A DNA stretch of 64,000 nucleotides, taken from Octopus sinensis (taxonomy: Eukaryota). Shown piece by piece: positions 39,600 to 53,334 of the stretch. The stretch's first letter is position 1; each line of letters begins with the position of its first letter. Below the pieces are notes generated by a model. The model searched no databases, was not told the origin of the DNA, and saw nothing but the letters and a program-made list of their open reading frames with translations. Made by a program: the position numbers and the translations under genes. The stretch is from positions 117,986,001 to 118,050,000 of the forward strand of contig NC_043002.1 of NCBI RefSeq assembly GCF_006345805.1, in the 5' to 3' direction.

Positions 39600-42210
39600 A
39601 TATATATATTATATATATATATATATACACACACTTACAGACATACTAACACACACTAACATACAAACCAACATGCACATACACACACACATACATACAT
39701 ACGCACACACATACATACTTACACACACACACACACAGACATACATACACACATACACACACACATACATACGCACATACATACACACACACTCACACAC
39801 ACACACCGCACGTACATACTTCACACACACACATGCAAACATACATGTAGGCACATACATACATACCTACACATGCACACCCTTACACTGAATGCACACA
39901 CACATACACCTTTTTGCATCCAGGCAGCCCCCCTCTTTTCTGCTTTCCGGTTTTGGCTGATGGATCCTCGGTTCCCGCGTAGCGGGGCGTTCGAGGGCCT
40001 TTGCGCTCGCGCGCCTTGGCGCGCGCTGGGGGCTTGGTCGGCCCCTTGGGCTTGCGTTGTACTGCTTGTGCGTTGTGTGCGTGGGCGCGCTTCGTGTGTG
40101 TGGGCTTGCTTCGGATGTGCGCGTGCGTATGTATGCATACATACCCACACACTCGCATGCATTCCAACCCACATACATACACGCACACCTACTCACACAC
40201 ACACATACACACACATACCTGCACACACACACACACATACATACATACACATACATACCTACTTCAGACATACACACACACAGACATACACCCATACACT
40301 CACACTCACACGCATACACACACACACATACACACGCACACGTACACATACACACACACACACACACCTACATACATACATTACACTTGTATACACACAC
40401 ACTTACATTCATACACACACACACCTACACAGCCATACCCTCACTCAGACACACACATCTACCTACACACACACACAAACACACACGGACACACACCCAT
40501 ACATACATCTACACACACACGCCTACACACATACATACACACATACATAAACACACACACATACACATATACACACATACGCACACACACATATACTTAT
40601 ACACATGCCACACACACACCTACATACAACACCCATATACATACACACACACATACCCACATACTCCTATACGCACATACATACACACAGACATACACAC
40701 ATACACACTCACACAAACATACACACACACATACTTACACACACACTCACCTGCACGCGCACCACACATGCATGACAAAACACCCTACACTCACACTCAC
40801 ATACGCACACACCAACATAAACACGCACACGCACACGCACACCTACACTCCACACACATACACACGCACCTACTACACACACGCACGCATACACACGCAT
40901 ACACACATACATTACACCGTACACCCACCCTACATACACATGCATACACACCACACACACAAACATGCACGGACACACCCAGACATACACACCCAACACC
41001 TATATACACACGCCCACACACCTACATACACACACATATACACACGCCCACACACCTACATACACACACATACATACACACACATACACGGACACACCCA
41101 TATACTTACATACATACACCTATACACACACGCCCACACACCTACATACACACACATGCATACACACACACATGTACGCACACACACACACATATACGCA
41201 CATACATATATACCCACACACATGCACACACACATACACATACGCACATGCATGCATGCATGCACACGCGCACACCTACATGCATACAACCACACACACA
41301 CGCACGTACACATACATACATACACACACGCATACATACACCCATACACATACATGCATCCTACACACACATACATACACACTCACACATACATACACAC
41401 ACACACACTCACTCACACACCTGTATGTACGCGCACACACATGCACATACACACACTTCCCCACACCCACACGTACATACATACACACTCACACACATAC
41501 ACACACACACACACCACACGGACATACATCTATGCACACACATACATACACACATACTCACATATATTCATCGGACACACTGCCACCCCGACATACACAC
41601 AGACACACTCACACATCCACACACATACATACTTACGCGCATACTCGCGGCTCGCGCACGCATGCGCTTGCGCCGGTTCGCGTACGCATACGCTCCGCAG
41701 GCACCTCGCTCTTGGAACCGACAAGACCTCCCGCCCGTTCCTTGGGACCGTCGCGTGTCGTCGTTGGGTTTTCCCACGCCCGCCTCCGCGGGACCACTCT
41801 TCCATCTTCCCCCCAGCTGGAGTCCTTTTTCCTTAACACCCCCCCCTTTTTCGTTACACACACGCGCACACATATACACACATTGCTTAAATATATACAT
41901 TACTCTTACACACATTCAATCTACTCGCGCCATTATACCACCACGACACTGGACACACACACACACTACTACTCAACAAACGCTGGCACGCTACATACGC
42001 CCCCACCCCTTCCCCTCCCTCCTTCCTCCTTCCTTCTTTTTCTTACTACTGACCTTTGTCTGCTAAGCTGACCACTATCTCGCCCTACCTCACACGCCTA
42101 CACACAGACGCACACACTAACACACACATATATATTTTTTTGTTTTTTCATCTCGCCTCACACACACACATACACACACGCACACGCACACACTCACACA
42201 TACACACACA
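39600..42210. repeat. Very long irregular (CA/CATA)n tract with two A-poor, G-rich islands
   Basis: Directly visible; the long His/Thr ORFs are low-complexity artefacts. Confidence 0.9.
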
Positions 42211-42382
42211 TCTGTTGCGTTACCAACCTTGTCTCCACTCTTTTGCCTTTAAAAACCCACTTTGCTCTGTTTTCGTAAACATCCGCCTTTCACCATGTGC
42301 AACTCGTAAACACCAGTCGTCTTTTTTCTCTTTCCCTGTTGCCCGCTCTGGGATCTTTCTTTCCTCTCTCTTCCTTCTTTAT

Positions 42383-42417
42383 GTTTCCGACGAAGAGCTC
42401 CGCTCGAAACGTCATAC
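42383..42417 (+). ncRNA. Minimal Penelope-type hammerhead (U4C variant)
   Basis: GTTT-CCGACGA-A-GAGC-TCC-GCTC-GAAAC-GTC|ATAC; helix III is reduced to the palindrome ACGT. Confidence 0.65.
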
Positions 42418-42535
42418 CTCCCTGCTTCCTTTTCCTGAGCGCCTATTAATAATAATACTGTAATTGTTCCATTGTTGTTGTTTTTTTGTTTCCCGTTTGG
42501 ATTAAAATTATATATATATATATATATTACATATA

Positions 42536-43447
42536 TAATTTACAATATAAGGGCAAAAGAAAAATTCTAATGCCAAATATGCCGAAAAAAAGACAAAAAT
42601 TGTCAATTAACCATTATAATTTATGTGTCTTGAAACAAACCGATAGAAATTTCTAAAAAATTCGTTATTACCGTATTGGACCAATTTCGGAGTTAATTCA
42701 TAAGAATTTTTCCCTCTTCAGCGATAAATACGTGAGATATAAGTGAAATACTTACTCATACTCATGGAAAAAGCAAACACCAAGTCCTGAGCAGACCTAA
42801 GTACCCCAAATATATCCAAAATAGAAAATCTTTGGCATGTCTCAAGACACGTGTGATTCGAACTAGAAACTTTCACAGAGTGATAGAATCCGGAAGTGAA
42901 CACTATTCAATTTATAACTAATGTAGGATAAAATTTTTTTCGGGGAAAAAAATTTCATCAATGGCCAGCATATCAAAAAATACCTTTAAAGGTTAAATTT
43001 ATAAATAATTTACAATATAAGGGCAAAAGAAAAATTCTAATGCCAAATATGCCGGAAAAAAGACAAAAATTGTCAATTAACCATTATAATTTATGTGTCT
43101 CGAAACAAACCGATAGAAATTTCTAAAAAATTCGTTATTACCGTATTGGACCAATTTCGGAGTTAATTCATAAGAATTTTCTCCTCTTCAGCGGCAAATA
43201 CGTGAGATATAAGTGAAATACTTACCCATGGAAAAAGCAAACACCAAGACCTGAGCAGTTTGTTTCGAGACGCATAAATTATAATGGTTAATTGACAATT
43301 TTTGTCTTTTTTTCGGCATATTTGGCATTAGAATTTTTCTTTTGCCTTCATATTGTAAATTATTTATAAATTTAACCTTTAAAGGTATTTTTTGATATGC
43401 TGGCCATTGATGAAATTTTTTTCCTGAAAAAAATGTTATCCTACATT
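42536..43447 (-). mobile_element. Second tandem-plus-inverted HHR repeat cluster (family D)
   Basis: Direct repeats 42536-42793 and 43006-43258 (period 470); 43259-43447 is the reverse complement of ~42915-43110. Minus-strand HHRs at 42672-42732 and 43142-43202 (CTGAAGA-GG(A/G)-...-CTCC-GAAA-TTGGTC|C). Confidence 0.8.
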
Positions 43448-43688
43448 AATTATATTACATATATAGAGAGGAAAGGAAGCCAGAAAGGGTGTAAAATAAG
43501 AAGGAGAGAGACAGGCCAAGGTGGCCACTCCATGTTTGGAAAATCAATAATCCAGAAAGACTTTGGAAACAAAGTTTCTGGAAAATCAATGTTGTAGCTG
43601 TGTGTGTGTGTGTGTATATATATATAAAGCATTTGATATACTTTGTAGTATATTATAGCTGCACAACAAAATATGGTGTCCCTACAAG

Positions 43689-43787
<99 letters not shown>

Positions 43788-45269
43788 ATTAAATAATGCA
43801 AAATAAATGTCAGTTGTGATTGATGAAAATCAATAAAAATATTTTTGGTGTTAATGTATATCTAGCAAAAGCATCATAAACAGAAGTATTGAATAGTTAA
43901 AGATATTGTGATTTTTCTGCTAAAATGGTATTTGTATTTAAGAGTGATGAATGAAACAGAAATGAATATTTTCTGTCTAGTGATCTTATATGTAAAAATA
44001 GTCATGATAGATTTGATTCAAAAGTTTTTCATTTTCCTTTTATGTTATTAGCTTATATTTAACATTATCAATTATTGAAATGAGTTAATTTGGTAGAAAA
44101 TGTTTTGATAAGAACTGGGTGAAAAAGAAAGAAATTAATAAAAACATGGTAAAAATTTGATTGCTCTTTTTAGAAGCTCTTTCATTGACTTGTGAAAAAA
44201 AACCCCAATTTTTTTTTTACATCAAGGATATCAAACCTTTAAGGCCTGGATTGAAGCACAAACTAGATCTCATGATCTGAAAAGAGACAATTATTCCTAA
44301 AAACATTACTTGTAATGTTAATAAATGAATAAAGTACCAATGAATATTATTACAGCATTATTAACAATAAAGAAAAGTAAAATTATAAGGTATTAGCAAA
44401 ATTTATGGGGTGAAATGAATGGGAAAAACTTATCTCCAAAGTGTATATGCTGCACTATTAGGGATGAGTTGTTAGGATTAGAAGAGAAATTGCAATATGT
44501 CAAATGAATGCATACAGATCTTGAGAAGACTAATGCTTGCTAGAAAGTTTGCACTGCTTCAGCTGGAAAAACTTCTTCAGTATTGTACATATCACTAAGG
44601 TGGTGAGCTGGCAGAATTGTTAGTACTATAGGCAAAATGATCAGCAGCATTTCATCTATCTTTATATTCTGAATTCAAATCCTGCTGAGGTTGACCTTGC
44701 CTTTCATCCTTTCAGGGTTGAGAAAATAAGTGCCACTGAGCATTGGGGTTGATGTAATTGGTTTATCCCCTCCCTCAAACTTGCTGGCCTTGTGCCAAAA
44801 TTTGAAATCAATATTATATATTTCACTAGAATCCATTCAAGAAAACGTATCTAACTTTAAAAAAATAGAAAAAATAAAAACTTATTTGGCTTAACATATG
44901 TAGTCAAAAGTGAAGGGGAAATATGTCATACATTTAAGTATATGGATTTATTAACTTCTTTTTCATTGGTTATTATAACAAAAGATTCCTTAAGGTGCGC
45001 TGATCTGACTAATTTGAAATGGCGTTAATCCTGACTCTAGCTGGGCTCTGAATGTATGTCAGTGAAATATATCTGTATCTATCTATCTATCTATCTGTCT
45101 GTCTGTCTGTCTGTCTATATATATATAAATACATGAAACTGAGCCCATGGCCACAGTAAACCTTGATGTGGACTGGATCCAGCCTGCAGAACATATTATG
45201 TTTGACATCCTTGTTTAAATTCTATGGTGAATGAACTGAGTCTCTTAAATCAACTTTAGTAATTTATTT

Positions 45270-45600
45270 ATGGCTTTATAGACAAATGTTGAAGATACCC
45301 CTGTTAATACCAATGTTGAGTTTCAACAACATTGTATACCTGCTCTTTTATGTAGCCCCCTTCAGCTATCACTTTCTTCAACTTCTCAGGACAATTAGTA
45401 GCGGCCTCTGTATCAGTGCTTCCAGTTTCACCTGTCATTGTTATGTTGTGCAAATTCATGCATTTCTTAAACTTTTCAAACCAGCCTTTACAAACCAAAA
45501 AGGGATTTTCAATTGAAGTTTCACCTTCCTTTTTCTGCAAATCATATAAACTTTTGGCTCTTTTTTTCTGCATTATCATCATGTTTATCAGCAGATTATG
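45270..45600 (-). mobile_element. Tigger/pogo transposase fragment
   Basis: KGWFEKFKK..NLHNITMTGETGSTDTEAA...GGYIKEQVYNVVET resembles the TIGD1-like HTH/DDE junction. Confidence 0.8.
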
Positions 45601-45654
45601 CTGATTCTGATTCTCAATCTACACACTCAAAAGTCATCCCATTTTAAGTATTAC

Positions 45655-45862
45655 ATTGTCTGGCACCTGTGTCGGTGGCACATAAAATCACCCACTACAC
45701 TCTCGGAGTGGTTGGCGTTAGGAAGGGCATCCAGCTGTAGAAACACTGCCAGATCTGACTGGACTGGTGCAGCTTTCGGGCTCCCCAGACCCCAGTTGAA
45801 CCGTCCAACCCATGCTAGCATGGAAAGCGGACGTTAAATGATGATGATGATGATGATGATGA
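45655..45862 (+). mobile_element. RTE 3' end with (GAT)n tail
   Basis: Reverse complement of the 5938-6105 family. Confidence 0.75.
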
Positions 45863-46231
45863 TTAGATCTAATGAAAAACAATGTTTGGGCAGTTAATAA
45901 AGTAGCTTTTTAAGCATTTCACATAATTTTATCTCTGTTATCATGTATTGTTCTCACTGTAGATGTTGCAACACTTTATGTTTTGGCAATACAACTTACT
46001 TTTTTTCCTGCATCAAGCCTTTTTTCGAACATCAAGTTTAATATCCAGTATAATCCCTTTACAATTCTTTTTCACACTAATTTCTTCAGTTCTACTTGAT
46101 AGCATTCTTTCAGACATCTTAAAAGGTAAATCCAACCATAGTGGTTATCAATTATTCCCAACATATTGTTTGTCTCCATTTTAGATTAATCCAAAATGGA
46201 AACAAATACTAGTATTTCTATATATATATAT

Positions 46232-46420
46232 ATACCAGAGTAAGCACATAAATGTGAAACAAGGTGGAAAAAATAGTACTTGAATACTGGAGGTAGAGTA
46301 ATATGCTTTATTAATAAAGCTGCAACGACATCCCAAAAACTGTTACTCAAAGTTTCACATTCCCATTTGTCGGACAGTTTTGGTTCTGTCCAAAACTGTC
46401 CAACGAACAGTTTTATAACA
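46232..46420 (-). repeat. Family E HHR repeat, degenerate, with a short fold-back
   Basis: Reverse-complement similarity to 57061-57212. Motif AAAACTGT-CCGACAA-ATG-GGAA-TGT-GAAAC-TTTGAGTA|ACAG at 46336-46381. Confidence 0.6.
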
Positions 46421-48571
46421 AAATCCAGTGACTACAGAAATCTGGAGATATTAATTTGCATAATGTATTTAACATTTTATTTAATATCAGAAGCGTGTCA
46501 ATGGGGATATCAGTGCACACAGTATCAGGGTATGATTAAAAGTTGAAGGTCAGTTAGTTTCTGGTCATCTCAACCTCTGTTGTGCCACTGCTTTTGTAGC
46601 TGATTGTGCTGCAATGTGGCTTCAGTGCTGTGCAACACTTTATCCACTTAAAACAGATTCAGGAACATTTTGGACTTTCAGAATGTTTACTCAGACTTAC
46701 AGTGTTTAGGAAGTAGTGTTACTTGGATATTAGTTGATTTCCACCTAATACATATATACACATATATATGCAAATGTATACACATACATGCTTAATACAC
46801 ATACACACATATTAAATTACAATATTGAGAGAATTATATAGCTGCACAAGTGTGGCTGTATGGTAAGAAATTGTTTCCCAACCACTTGGTTCCTGGTTCA
46901 ATTCTTCTGGGGAAGAGTTTTGTACTAAAGCTCCAGGCCAGCCAAAGCCTTGTGAGTGGATTTGGTAGATGGAAACTGAAAGAAACCTGTCTCATATATA
47001 TGTGTGTTGGTTTGTATGTGTATGTGTATGTATGTGTGTGTAGGTGCTTACATGCGTATCTGTGTGTGTGTGTGTGTTTGTCCTCCACCACTGCGTGACA
47101 GCTGATGGTGCATTTACATCCCTGTAACTCAGTAGTTTAGCAAAAGAGACTGATAGAATAAGTACCAGGCTTATAAAAAAAGAACTAAGTACTGGAGTTG
47201 ATTTGTTCTCCAAGGCAGTACCCCAGCATGCTCACAGTCTAAGGAGTGAAACAAGTAAAAGCAGAAATAAATATACAGCTATCAATTGCAAAGAGCTTTC
47301 TCAGTATGTTGCATGCGTTTAATTAATTAGTTGCAATACTGTGGAGGCAACATATAATAATCAACACCTGAAGGTATAACAGATTATATGAGAGATTAGA
47401 GTTGACATAATTAATGTAGTGAACCAAGGAAATTTAACTAATTGCAATTACATCAATGATTAAAATTACATCTATAAAATAACATCAACTTATTTATCAA
47501 ATGGGTGAATAAAGAAAGGGGAGACAACCTATAGTTAAAAAGTATGTTCTGGGTAGTAAGGTTAGACAACTCTGAATATATTTCTGTATTATTAGATCTC
47601 CTTAGCAAAGTATAGCATTTCCAGTGATGATAGATTGATAGAGTATATGGGAGCAAGATGAAAGGTACAGTATTCATTGATAAAAGCTACAATGTTTTCA
47701 TGACTATTACATTTTTGTTGAACCAAAGTGGAAATTGTAAAACTTATCTTCAGACATTGTATTAAAATTTACATGTTTTTTCTTAATGTTCTATTCAAAA
47801 TACTAAGTTAAATATTTGATATTCCAATGGCCTTAAAACATAATAATACAAAAGGACAACTACAGATTGCTTGCCTAACACTTACATTAATTAGAACACC
47901 TATTGTTAAACAATATGCTAAACATTATACCAGAGATGAAAAAAAAGTCTTGTTTTAAAGTATTGATATTCTCAAACACCAAAGTATTTATACTTCTATT
48001 TCATTAGTTTAATCTGCTGCTGTCCTCTAGATCAAAACTTTCTAAATCTTTTTTTCCTCCATAATTATTGATTATCAAATACAAAATCAATAACTTTTCT
48101 TCTCAAAATATCTTTACATCAATAGATTCAGTGATGTTACTGTTGACATTACTCCAACCCCTTATTAATTCCATTAATTGCTTCAGTGTGATATTATCTA
48201 AGACTTCATTTATTTTATTGTTAATCTTTTATCTTTTACTTGTTTCAGTCATTGTACTGTTGCCATACTGGAGCATCACCCTGAAAGGTTTACTTGAACA
48301 AATTGGCCTCAATACTTACTTTTAAGCTTGTTACTTATTGAATCACTCCTTTTGACTAAACTGCTAAGTTATGTCAAGTAATGGTAGTGGTGAGGAAAAG
48401 ACAATCACACACACAAATTGTTAGATATACACCACACCACAACACACACACAGATACACTTACATATATATACATATAAATATATATATGTACATGCACA
48501 CACACACACATACATATTTTATATTTATATATATATATATACATACATACACATATATATACATATACATA

Positions 48572-48610
<39 letters not shown>

Positions 48611-48797
48611 TGTATATATATGCATATATATATAAATACACACACACACACACACACCTACACACATATACATATGTATGTATGGAGCCTGGTGCAGCCA
48701 TATGGTTTGCCAGTCCTCAGTCAAATCGTTCAACCCATGCTAGCATGGAAAGTGGATGTTAAACGATGAGGATGATGATGATGATGATGATAATATA

Positions 48798-48839
<42 letters not shown>

Positions 48840-50371
48840 CAAAAGAGACCGATAGAATAAGTACTAGGCTTACAAAGAATAAGTTCGGGGGTCGATTTGT
48901 TTGACTAAAGGCAATACTCCAGCATGGCCGCAGTCAAATGACTGAAACAAGTAAAGTATAAAACAATAAGAAAAATATATAAATAATGAAGATATTATTA
49001 ATAAATAATAATAATATAGGTGGCTAGTTAGCAAAATAACCAAAAGGCAAAAATATAAACAAGAGTACTTCGGAAAAAGACTTAGGAAAATAGTGCTTTT
49101 ATGTGGAACCAACACCAATACTAATGCTTTTGTGTGGCACCTTGGATTTTGGATGTCAATTCTGCTGTGGTGATCGGGTCTTCTTGAGTGCAACAATGAA
49201 CCGCATATCTTGGTCCTCTGTCAATTCCTTCAGAAGGCTCTCATTCGTTAATTGCACAGTCTCATTTTCCTTCACATCTGCATTCTGATGATTCATCAGC
49301 TTTCTATAAAATTTGATATAATTTTTTTCTTAGAAATAATAAGTTAAATTAGCCTTACTTAATTTTGTGCCAGATAATTTCAAGCTTTATGTGACTGCAA
49401 GTATGGTTGTATTTTAGGAAGTTCCCTTGGCCACCATGGGGTTTTTGTTTGATCCAATTGCACAACACCTTAGGCAACTGTCTTTTACCATGGTATTGTG
49501 TAGGCCAATCCTTTTAAATGGAATTAGGTAGATGGAAACTGTGCAGAAGCCTACCATATGTGTTTATCTTTAGACATTGTATATCCTCAAAGGGTATAAA
49601 AATCAGAAATAAAACTAAAAAAAAATGTTTTTTAATGGAACTCCTTGTGATATTTGTTCTGCCTTAGTTTTATACTCACTACTTCCTTTTCCCAGTTGGC
49701 AGTGAATCAAGAATTGGATAGTTGGAACTAAATAACAAACTGAAAAAGAAGAAAGAAAATTGAAACAGTTTTAGTTTTGCATGTTTAAATAGTTTCTCAT
49801 GAATTTTAGATGAGAAGTTTAGTAGAATTTATTATTTTTTTAATCTTAATTGCATTTGAAGCTTTTAAGTGATTAAGACATTTTGTTTGTTTTTTCTCTC
49901 ATCTTATTTAAAATTTTGGTTGTCATTATGGACAGAAATTCTATAAATGGCTATTCTTCACTCCATTATGGACTTTGTTTTTACCAATACCATTATGAGT
50001 ATTGATTATCAGACTATGTCTTGTATTTCCTGGCAATCACATCTTAGTAAACCATAACCCTTTTGATATTAGCCTTCCTGAAAATGTCCCTGGATTTATG
50101 ATACAATCTACCTGTTGTAAATGTTAAAGCTCTCCATCAAAACATTTTGTTAAATTATGTTCCAAAGATAAGCTTAAAATAAATTAAATTAAATTTTCAG
50201 CAGCTTTGTGGTAAGAAGTTTACTTTTCAACCTTATGGTTCTGGTTTCAGTCCTACATGTGGCACCTTGTGCAAGTTAGAGTTAGGGCTACTATAGCCCT
50301 GGGCCAACCAAAGCCTTGTGAGTGGATTTGGTGGAGAGAAACTGAAAGAAACCCATCGTGTATATATATAT

Positions 50372-50441
<70 letters not shown>

Positions 50442-50444
50442 ATA

Positions 50445-50513
<69 letters not shown>

Positions 50514-50577
50514 CATACATACGTACACACACACAGACACACACACATACACACACAGACACACACACACACACACA

Positions 50578-50608
<31 letters not shown>

Positions 50609-50650
50609 CATACAAAGACACTCATACATATATATGCATGTATGTATATA

Positions 50651-51901
50651 TAGGGGCTGGGCAAAATATTGGAAAAACCTTAAAATTTAAAAAAAATTAA
50701 TTTTAATATGGGGTAGGACCACCTTTGGCAGTAATTACAGCTTGAATTCTACCGGGTATGGACTCATACAAAGTTTGAATTGTTTCCAAAGGACTTTTAG
50801 TCCATTCTTCAGCTAAAACACTCTCCAGTTCTTGTAGTGATGATGGTGGAGGATATCGACTATTTACTTGTTTTTCTGAAATGTACCATAGATGATCAAT
50901 AGTATTGAGATCTGGGGACTATGGTGGCCAGATAAGATGTTCGACTTCACTATAAGGTTTCTTGTGCCATTCAGTAAAAACTTTAACTGTGTGAATTGGT
51001 GCATTATCATCCTGAAAGATTGCATTTCCCTCTGGAAAATGTTCTGTAACCATAGGATGGATTTGATCAGATAAAATGCTTACATAGTCTTGACTATTAA
51101 TTCTACCATGAAGGGAAGCCAGCGGATTTCCAAGATGTAGACACCCAGATCATCGCAGATCCACCTCCATGTTTAACAGTTGGAAGAAGGCAGTGTGGGT
51201 CAAATGCTTCTTTTGACTGTCTCTACATGTATACCTGGCCGGTGCTCAGAAATATGGTAAAGGATGACTTGTCCGAGAAAATAACATTCTTCCACAGCTC
51301 TAGGGAACAATTCTGTAGGATTTTATTCCACTCTAAACACTTTGCAACATTTGTTTTTGAAAGTAGTGGTTTTCTGATTGCAGCCCTCCCATGAAATCTG
51401 GCTTTGTGCATCCCCTGGTGAATAGTTTTTGTAGAAACTGGGTTCTTGAGGTGACCATTAAACTCTGCAGCAATTTTGGGAGCTGTACTTTTGTGATCCG
51501 TTCTCACAATTCGCCTAAGTGTCCAACGGTCCCTATCTGACAGTTTTGGTTTTCTTCCAGAGTTTTGTTTCGATGAGGTTTTTCCTTCTTTCTCAAAGGC
51601 TATCATTACTTTTGAGACAGTTCTTCTTGATACACCAAACATTTTGGCTGTTTTCATTATGCTAACACTGGCCATACAATCACCAATAATTTGACCTCTT
51701 TGAAAGTCTGATAGATTTGTCATTTTAATGAATTTTAATTACCTTTTTCTGATGATATCTGAAAAGAAACAGCAATTTTAGTAAAACATATTAAGAAACA
51801 CTAATAATAAATCAAAAATTATAAAAATAAACAAGCATTTGACAGATATTTCAATATTATGATGTTATGATGCTAGGCGTTTCCATTAATTTGTCTAACC
51901 C

Positions 51902-51904
<3 letters not shown>
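50651..51904 (-). mobile_element. Tc1-like transposon, same family as 6236-7444
   Basis: ORF MTNLSDFQRGQIIG...RAAIRKPLL...VIFSDKS; TIRs flanked by TA. Confidence 0.88.
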
Positions 51905-51945
<41 letters not shown>

Positions 51946-53334
51946 GCACGCACACACATATATATATGTATGTATGTATCTATGAGTGTGTGTTTGTGTC
52001 TGTGTTTATCCCCACTGCTGCTTGACAACCAGTGTTGGTGTGTTAATGTCTCTGTAACTTAGCTGTTTGGCAAAAGAGACCACTAGAATAATTACTAAAC
52101 TTAAAAAAGAATAAGTCCTGGAGTCGATTTGTTCAACTAAGACCCTTCAAGGCAGTGCCCCAGCATGGCCACAGTCCAATGACTGAAACAAGTGAAAGAT
52201 AAAAGATAAAAGATCAGTTGAAACAAACAAAGTGCACGTCAACAGAAATATGGTAACAAAAGGGTTAAACCACTTTATTTGTTGTATCAGGAAATAAACT
52301 AATTAATCATAATGGAATTATTTCAAAAATTAAGGAACAAAATGTATATTAGTACTTCAAATGAAAGTAATGTTACTTATTTTACATTATTATGATAGAT
52401 ACTGACATCACCTAAACTTCAGATATGATAAAGTACCGTGTTAGGTTCTATTAATTGACAATAAGGACACGTATAACATTTATGAACTGTTTAGATGGCT
52501 TGCTAGATGTAGCTGATAGTTTTTGTTGTTGGAGGAGGCTGTTGTGGAAACATAATAACTGGAATAAAGTAAAGGAGAGGAGATGTTCAGGGAATAGATT
52601 TTTACAAATGTTGTAACAAAGGGTTATAGTTATGGATGCTTTAAGGGGAAAAAAAGTCATATTCCACAAGGTAACTTAAAGATATACTAGATCACTTACG
52701 CTACTTTTTGTGTAATTTTTTCTGATTAGCTATTTTAGTAGCCAATCTGATAAAAACAGAAGTAAATTCTAATATCATATAACAGTTATGTACACAACAA
52801 AGGAAGTAGGACATTAAAAAAAAAATAGATAAAAATATCAAAGGAAATAAGCCATAGGGAAACAGAAAATTGGTAAACATTTGTATCCAACACAAACTAA
52901 GTAATCAAGTAGTAAAACAATATTCAAAATAATTAGTACAGTGCTGCCACCACCACCAGTGCCAAATTTCCTTCCACTTCCATCACCAACAATAATAGCC
53001 ATACCACATCATATGTTGATCATGGCTTCAAGCCCTCTCTTCGCGCATCAGAAAATCAAGAGTGAAATAAAAGAAGAAAACACTCAGTGCCTGATAAAAC
53101 TTGCACCTAAACCCCGGATGGATCTCTATAATATCTGCAACTAATCAGCTTAAACTGCCAAATGAAGCTGCAACCCCCATACCCTTTATGTCATTTGGCA
53201 CAGCCTCAAACATTTTAGAAAGATTTATTCTTGATACCACAAACACTCATCTTGGCATCGTCATCCTTGTCATCAACATTATCATTACCATTGCTGCTGC
53301 CACCAACATCACCTCCACCACTGCCACCACTACC

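Noticed and set aside
40001-42071. Long His/Thr-rich ORFs (611 and 669 aa)
   Set aside because: They are translations of stop-free (CA)n-type microsatellite.
44540-44585. Minus-strand CTGAAGA-AGTTT...AAACT
   Set aside because: TTCT replaces GAAA; likely chance.
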